Source of the DNA: an uncultured Thiobacillus sp.
GTDB lineage: Bacteria > Pseudomonadota > Gammaproteobacteria > Burkholderiales > Thiobacillaceae
NCBI GenBank assembly: GCA_964462255.1
Contig: CAYWXO010000002.1
Span: forward strand, 1 to 49,017
Reading direction: 5' to 3'
DNA length: 49,017 bases
Made by a program: the position numbers and the translations under genes. Positions 44,454 to 49,017 of the stretch are shown piece after piece. Position 1 is the stretch's first letter; every line of letters begins with the position of its first letter. The notes beneath the pieces are model-generated. The model was not told where the DNA came from. It did no database searches and saw nothing but the letters and a program-made list of their open reading frames with translations.

Positions 44454-45812
44454 ATGTTTTCACTTTGGCTGCGACTGGTTTTGTTTTTGCTGGGCTTGAG
44501 CGGGCTGGCCTTTCTGTTGCTGGATGAGACATCGCTGGTATCGCCTTGGGCGGCCATTGCCAGCGGGCTGATGCTGGTTTTGGTCTATCACCTGCTGCAG
44601 TTGTCCAGATTTTACCGCTGGCTCAATCACTCCAGCGTAGCGTCGTCGCGGCCTACGGGCTGGCAACCCACGGGCTGGCAACCCAATGGCTGGCAACCCA
44701 CCGGCTTCTGGGGTGAGGTGATTTATCGGCTAGAAAAATTGTCGCAAAGCCGGCAGGGGGAGCAGCAGAAAAAGGCGGCCGATTTTGCGCAGGTGCTGGA
44801 AGCGACGCGGCATTTACCCGATGCGGTCATCATTCTCGACGATACCAATCGGATGCTGTGGCTGAACAACGCGGCCGAGCATTTGCTGGGACTTTCGCCG
44901 CAACGGGATTTGGGTCAATTCATCTTTTATTTGCTGCGTAACTCGCGTTTTTTGGAGTGGTTGCAGCGCGAGGATGAGGCGCAAACCTTGATCCTTGAAT
45001 TGGCGGGGCGCGATAAAACTTTGGCCCTGCAACGGATTGCGTTGTCGCATCAGCAAAAAATGCTGATTGCGCACGATATGACCGAGTTTTCTCGCCTGGA
45101 AGCGATGCGGCGTGATTTCATTGCCAATGTCTCGCACGAATTACGCACGCCAATTACGGTGATTGTCGGCTTCCTGGAAGCGTTTGAAGAGATGACAACG
45201 CCGGATGTGGTGCAATTTCGCCAGCATATTCCCTTGCTATTAGAGCAATCTGATCGTATTAGCCGTCTGGTTAATGACTTGCTGACGTTGGCACGCCTGG
45301 AAAGCGAACCCGATGCGCAAGATGAAACGGTAATAGTGGAGACGCTGCTGCGCCGTTTGGTCGATGAGGCAGAAACGCTGAGTCAGGGGAAACATGCCAT
45401 TCACCTGCGCTGCGAAAATCAGGCGCGCTTGATTGGTAATGGCCAGGAGTTGTATAGCGCGTTTGCGAATTTGGTGACCAATGCGGTGCGTTATACGCCG
45501 GCTGGCGGCCAGATCGACCTTAAGTGGGGCACTTTGCCGAATGGTGAGTCTTATTTTTCGGTGCAGGACAGCGGCGAAGGCATTGAGGCACGGCATATTC
45601 CGCGTCTAACCGAACGGTTTTACCGCGTTGATCGGGGCCGTTCGCGCGCCAGCGGCGGCACCGGCTTGGGTTTGGCCATCGTTAAACATATTTTGCAACG
45701 CCATCAAGCGCGTTTGCGCATTGAAAGCACCTTGGGTAAAGGCAGCACATTTACAGCGATTTTCCCGCTGGAGCGGGTGATTGAACCGGTGAGCTCAGGC
45801 GGCGAAGGTTGA
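44454..45812 (+). CDS. phoR: Phosphate regulon sensor histidine kinase PhoR
   Basis: Two N-terminal TM segments, a PAS-like region, HisKA (DFIANVSHELRTP) and HATPase_c (NLVTNAVRYTP, DSGEGI, GGTGLGLAIVKH). It lies adjacent to phoB. Confidence 0.92.
   Translation: MFSLWLRLVLFLLGLSGLAFLLLDETSLVSPWAAIASGLMLVLVYHLLQLSRFYRWLNHSSVASSRPTGWQPTGWQPNGWQPTGFWGEVIYRLEKLSQSRQGEQQKKAADFAQVLEATRHLPDAVIILDDTNRMLWLNNAAEHLLGLSPQRDLGQFIFYLLRNSRFLEWLQREDEAQTLILELAGRDKTLALQRIALSHQQKMLIAHDMTEFSRLEAMRRDFIANVSHELRTPITVIVGFLEAFEEMTTPDVVQFRQHIPLLLEQSDRISRLVNDLLTLARLESEPDAQDETVIVETLLRRLVDEAETLSQGKHAIHLRCENQARLIGNGQELYSAFANLVTNAVRYTPAGGQIDLKWGTLPNGESYFSVQDSGEGIEARHIPRLTERFYRVDRGRSRASGGTGLGLAIVKHILQRHQARLRIESTLGKGSTFTAIFPLERVIEPVSSGGEG
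44652..44711 (+). repeat. 15-bp in-frame tandem repeat inside phoR (PTGWQ x3 + PTGFW)
   Basis: cctacgggctggcaa / cccacgggctggcaa / cccaatggctggcaa / cccaccggcttctgg, read directly. It encodes PTGWQPTGWQPNGWQPTGFW just after the membrane anchor. Confidence 0.9.
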
Positions 45813-46301
45813 AGTTAACGCTTCTATGTGGGTTTGTAGGTGGGTTTGTATATGGGCTTGTAGGTGTTGCTTCAGATCTGAAGTGGGTGCCAAGGGATGA
45901 TTAGCATCAGATCGACGTGCGGCCGCCCAAATGGCATCCGGGAAATTGACATCATTTTGCCAGCGCGGAATGACATGCCAATGCAGGTGCGGCACGACAT
46001 TGCCCAGGCTGGCGAGGTTGATTTTGTCGGGCCGGACGACTTCACGAATTGCGGCTTCGACGGCAAAAACCACATTCATTAAACGGTGACGCTGCGCCGG
46101 CGCCAAGTCAGACATTTCCTTGCAGTGCGCGTTGAGTATGACGCGGCAGAAGCCGGGGTAATGCGCATCGGCCACCCAGATTACGCGGCAGAAATCGTCT
46201 TGCCAGAGGTGATCTTCTCTATCCACTAGGGGTGGGCAGAGGGGGCATTGCGCTGGGGGGCTCTGCACTGGCGGGCACGGTGTATTGGTTATATGGGTCA
46301 T
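45795..46301 (-). CDS. HIT-family (histidine triad) protein
   Basis: HLHWHVIPR histidine triad near the C-terminus and a Cys-rich N-terminus (CPLCPP). ATGA overlap with the upstream pit stop. Its 3' end overlaps the phoR 3' end by 18 nt in convergent orientation. Confidence 0.85.
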   Translation of the reverse strand: MTHITNTPCPPVQSPPAQCPLCPPLVDREDHLWQDDFCRVIWVADAHYPGFCRVILNAHCKEMSDLAPAQRHRLMNVVFAVEAAIREVVRPDKINLASLGNVVPHLHWHVIPRWQNDVNFPDAIWAAARRSDANHPLAPTSDLKQHLQAHIQTHLQTHIEALTSTFAA

Positions 46302-47881
46302 GGCATCATCATGCCGCGGATCAGATAGAACAACAACCCAGCCATGACCGCAGAAGCGGGCACGGTGATGATCCAGGCGGCGGCGATTCGCAAAACTTGT
46401 GAGCGCTTAACCAATTCTTCCCGATAAACCTTGCGGAGTTCCTTGCGCTCCATTTTGGAGAAATGGGCGGGATCAAGTTGATTTTTCGCGCTGTGTTTTA
46501 ACGAGGCCAGCATGAGGCCTTTTTCTTCGATGGTAGCCTTGCCAAAGCGCGCCATAAAGGCATCAATGGCTTCTTGGTCGCCTTCTGGATGATGCGTTTT
46601 GATATCTGACATCATGCGTGAATAATTTTTCTTCAAATATTCGCGCAGAAAACCAACGCCAAAGACGCCGCCAACCGCAACGTGCGTTGAGCTGATTGGC
46701 AAGCCAAATTGGCTGGCCACGATAACGGTAATGGTTGCCGACATGGCGATGCAATAGGCGCGCATTTGATCCAGCTCAGTGATTTCGGAGCCGACGGTGC
46801 GTATGACGCGCGGCCCAAACAGCGCAAGGCCCACAACAATGCCCAGTGCACCAACCATCATCACCCACAGGGGAATCGGCGCGTTTTTGCTGACTAGGTG
46901 CCCGTTGGAATTGACCACGTCAACAATCGCGGCGAGCGGGCCGACCGCATTGGCAACGTCATTCGAGCCGTGCGCAAAACTGAGGAGGGCGGCGGCGAAA
47001 ATGAGCGGCACGGTAAAGAGTTGGTTGACGCCCATTTTGTCGTTATTGATGCTGCGGCTGCGCGCCGCGATGAAGGGTTTGACAATGAAGAAAATCAGAA
47101 CAGCGAAGGCAAACCCCATTAGCACGGCATCAAAAAAATCCACTTTCCATATTTTGCCGAGGCCTTTCAGAATGAGGTAAGTGGTGAACACCCATGTCAT
47201 AAATGCCACCAGTAGTGGCACTTTTTGACCGGCAGCAGTCGCCATATCTTGTTGATAAGTGATGACCCGTTTAACCAGATAGAGAAAGGCGGCGGCAAAT
47301 AACCCGCCCAATAAAGGCGAAATAATCCAACTGGCTGCGATGTTGCCCAAGTGTCCCCAGTTGGCGGCTTCAAAGCCGCTGGCGGCAATGCCGGACCCCA
47401 GCACCGCACCGACAATGGAGTGGGTGGTTGAGACGGGTGCGCCAAATGCGGTGGCGATGTTTAACCAGAGAGCGCCGGCCAGCAGGGCGGCCATCATCAC
47501 CCAAACGAATGTTTGTGGGTCGGCAATGCTGTCAGGCTTAATGATGCCGCTGCGGATGGTGGCTACCACTTCGCCGCCGGCGATAAGTGCGCCGGCCGCT
47601 TCAAAAATGGCAGCAATCACTAACGCACTACCTAAGGTCAACGCCTTTGAACCAACCGCCGGGCCGACATTGTTGGCGACATCGTTGGCACCAATGTTCA
47701 TGGCCATGTAAGCGCCAATCATGGCGGCGACGACGAGGACGAGGCTGATCTGCCCTTGGCTGCTTAACGCTGCGTACAACATGACACCAACAATGAACAG
47801 CAAGGCCATGCCGAAGCGAAAAAAATCTGCACGACCCCGTTGGGTTGCACGCTCAATTTCAGTGAGGTGTTTCAGATCCAC
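46298..47881 (-). CDS. pit: Inorganic phosphate transporter, PiT family
   Basis: Duplicated PiT signature (GANDVANNVGPAVGS and GSNDVANAVGP), about 10-12 TM segments and a large central hydrophilic loop. GTG start with a GGAGA RBS. Confidence 0.92.
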   Translation of the reverse strand: MDLKHLTEIERATQRGRADFFRFGMALLFIVGVMLYAALSSQGQISLVLVVAAMIGAYMAMNIGANDVANNVGPAVGSKALTLGSALVIAAIFEAAGALIAGGEVVATIRSGIIKPDSIADPQTFVWVMMAALLAGALWLNIATAFGAPVSTTHSIVGAVLGSGIAASGFEAANWGHLGNIAASWIISPLLGGLFAAAFLYLVKRVITYQQDMATAAGQKVPLLVAFMTWVFTTYLILKGLGKIWKVDFFDAVLMGFAFAVLIFFIVKPFIAARSRSINNDKMGVNQLFTVPLIFAAALLSFAHGSNDVANAVGPLAAIVDVVNSNGHLVSKNAPIPLWVMMVGALGIVVGLALFGPRVIRTVGSEITELDQMRAYCIAMSATITVIVASQFGLPISSTHVAVGGVFGVGFLREYLKKNYSRMMSDIKTHHPEGDQEAIDAFMARFGKATIEEKGLMLASLKHSAKNQLDPAHFSKMERKELRKVYREELVKRSQVLRIAAAWIITVPASAVMAGLLFYLIRGMMMP

Positions 47882-47903
47882 GTTCGGTTCTCCGGCAGGT
47901 TGA

Positions 47904-47932
47904 CTGTAATAAAACTGTCATTATCCTGTAAC
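47904..47932 (+). promoter_or_regulatory. Triple Pho box, inverted relative to pit and overlapping its putative promoter
   Basis: CTGTAAT-aaaa-CTGTCAT-tatc-CTGTAAC on the + strand, closely resembling the E. coli pstS box CTGTCATAAAACTGTCAT. On the minus strand the same bases contain TTGTTA-17 nt-TATTAC, about 25-50 nt upstream of the pit GTG. Confidence 0.7.
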
Positions 47933-47995
47933 AAAGCGGAGAGATGCCATGGGCAAACAGACTGGCAAGGCAAATTTGCTCTCATGCAGAGCGTG

Positions 47996-48033
47996 GTAGG
48001 TCGGGTTAGCCCAGCGGGCGTAACCCGATCTAC
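47996..48033. repeat. REP-like imperfect palindrome
   Basis: GTAGGTCGGGTTAGC-ccagcgg-GCGTAACCCGATCTAC. The arms share the GGGTTA(C)GC / GCGTAACC core with the hairpin at 4949..4972. Confidence 0.55.
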
Positions 48034-48260
48034 GTGGTGAAACTCCATGCAATCCCCGCTATCAATCCCGGATTTCGCTCCGCTACTTACCCACACTGCT
48101 GGACAAATTCCATGACTCGGCTTACCTAGATCGTATTAATTACTACATTCCCTTCTGGGAAGTGGACATCATCCGCAGCGAGATGTTTTCCAGCGCCGTA
48201 GGACGGCCTGCGCTAGTCATCTTGATCCTGACTCACCATGAGCTGTTTGGTGTCTTCTGA
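48024..48260 (+). pseudogene. Fragment of a BrxL / Lon-like ATPase-protease (TIGR02688-type) gene
   Basis: Open frame with no start codon. The translated stretch LLDKFHDSAYLDRINYYIPFWEVDIIRSEMFSS matches the conserved D-x-A-x-x-D-R-x-H/N-x-Y-x-P-x-W-E-x-x-x-x-R-x-E-x-F block of BrxL-family proteins. The flanking sequence on both sides does not continue the family. Confidence 0.4.
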
Positions 48261-48321
48261 CCGTGAAATCTTGGCAATTTAGGGTGATGAAACAGATAAA
48301 GAGGGCAAGTATCATAGCTGC

Positions 48322-48651
48322 ATGCTAAAAATTCATCGTCCTGGCTACCTTATTGAGTTTTCCGTCGCGGCAAGCGGGTCAATCTCCCAAAAACGGTCTT
48401 ACGATTGCGGGCTAAAACAATATCAAAGGAAAGACGTGAGCCAACCTAATCCAATCGAGTCCGATACCGCCCGATCCATGCTGGAAAAGTTGATGGAAGA
48501 TTCGCGCCTGTACCACAAGGGTGCAGCAGGCCAGGTTGAAACCCTGCTTGAGCTGGCGGCACACACCAAGGTGGATCGGCCCAAAAAGAAGACTGAACCC
48601 AAACCACTGATGGCCACCAGTGGCGACCTATTTGAAACAAGCAACTCATGA
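48322..48651 (+). CDS. Hypothetical small protein, translationally coupled to hsdM
   Basis: 109-aa ORF whose TGA overlaps the hsdM ATG (ATGA at 48648-48651). No recognisable domain. It could itself be a gene remnant. Confidence 0.35.
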   Translation: MLKIHRPGYLIEFSVAASGSISQKRSYDCGLKQYQRKDVSQPNPIESDTARSMLEKLMEDSRLYHKGAAGQVETLLELAAHTKVDRPKKKTEPKPLMATSGDLFETSNS

Positions 48652-49017
48652 GCAAACTTGCCGACCTGATCTGGAAAAACGCCGAACTGCTGCGCGGGGC
48701 TTTCAAAGAGAACGAATACCGCAAAGTCATCCTGCCATTCACCATCCTGCGCCGCCTGGACTGCGTGTTGCAGCCCACCTCAGAGGCGGTGCGGGCAAAA
48801 TACGCCGCCATCAAGGACAAAGGCTACGATCTGAACAAGATGCTGACACCGGTCAGCGGTTATGCATTCTTCAATATTTCGTGTTTCACGCTGCCCGGCG
48901 TGGCACAAACGCCTGATGGTCATGACGTTCGTGCCAATCTGGAGGCCATGATCAATGGCTTTTCGCAAAACGTGCGGGATATTTTCGAGAAGTTTGGTTT
49001 TTTGGCCACTGTCGATA
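48648..49017 (+). CDS. hsdM: Type I restriction-modification DNA methyltransferase subunit M, 3'-partial (runs off the window)
   Basis: My own translation gives MSKLADLIWKNAELLRGAFKENEYRKVILPFTILRRLDCVLQPTSEAVRAKYAAIKDKGYDLNKML... This is the HsdM N-terminal domain pattern (LRG..k..EY..vILPFT.LRRLDCVL). There is no stop before the window end, so it is absent from the ORF track. Confidence 0.8.
   Translation, partial: MSKLADLIWKNAELLRGAFKENEYRKVILPFTILRRLDCVLQPTSEAVRAKYAAIKDKGYDLNKMLTPVSGYAFFNISCFTLPGVAQTPDGHDVRANLEAMINGFSQNVRDIFEKFGFLATVD

Noticed and set aside
44652-44711. CRISPR-like or minisatellite array
   Set aside because: The units are contiguous with no spacers, only 15 bp long, and in frame within phoR. 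This is a coding tandem repeat, not a CRISPR array. No CRISPR array or cas gene was seen anywhere in the window.
47949-47999. 16-codon mini-ORF (MGKQTGKANLLSCRAW) with a GGAGA upstream, as a target of a rightward Pho-box promoter
   Set aside because: No acceptable -10 hexamer follows the Pho box in the plus direction. The ORF also terminates inside the REP-like palindrome. The data are explained more simply by the Pho box acting on the pit promoter.
48040-48095. tRNA 3'-end remnant (att site) suggested by ATCAATCCCGG resembling a T-loop
   Set aside because: No T-stem pairing, acceptor stem or CCA context can be drawn. The stretch is in frame with, and better explained as part of, the BrxL-like gene fragment.

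Overview
This is an origin-proximal chromosomal segment of a proteobacterium. The gene order looks betaproteobacterial, but that is inference only. The conserved core runs from about 8.8 to 34.4 kb. gyrB-dnaN-dnaA lie on the minus strand and diverge from rpmH-rnpA-yidC-mnmE-(ABC exporter)-mnmG-rsmG-parA-parB-atpIBEFHAGDC-glmU-glmS on the plus strand. Four near-consensus parS sites are spread across the core, and a cluster of DnaA boxes sits in an unusually long dnaA-dnaN spacer. The left flank (1-8.7 kb) is accessory-looking. It holds a 5'-truncated caspase-like protease, an EmrE-type SMR pump, an AT-rich islet encoding a class-3 lipase lipoprotein and a TerB-like protein, a cytoplasmic Cache/PDC-like protein, and DUF3299 and DUF349 proteins. 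The right part (34.4-49 kb) starts with an orphan ParA-like ATPase placed directly after glmS, followed by bioA. Next come a MASE1-type histidine kinase with a FixJ/LuxR-type regulator, and a small membrane protein with a DUF4212 and sodium:solute symporter pair. These are followed by a solitary V-type ATPase subunit-I homologue, phoB-phoR with a Pho box, and a PiT-HIT operon whose promoter is embedded in an inverted triple Pho box. The window ends in a decayed defence locus: a REP-like hairpin, a BrxL/Lon-like gene fragment, a small ORF, and the 5' part of a type I R-M hsdM. Two real genes are missing from the supplied ORF track: rpmH (too short) and hsdM (runs off the window). I did not find a complete multi-gene system that is obviously new. 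The best candidates for follow-up are the orphan V-ATPase I-subunit gene, the glmS-coupled orphan ParA, the inverted Pho box over pit, the left-flank caspase/lipase/TerB cluster and the degraded defence island at the right edge.
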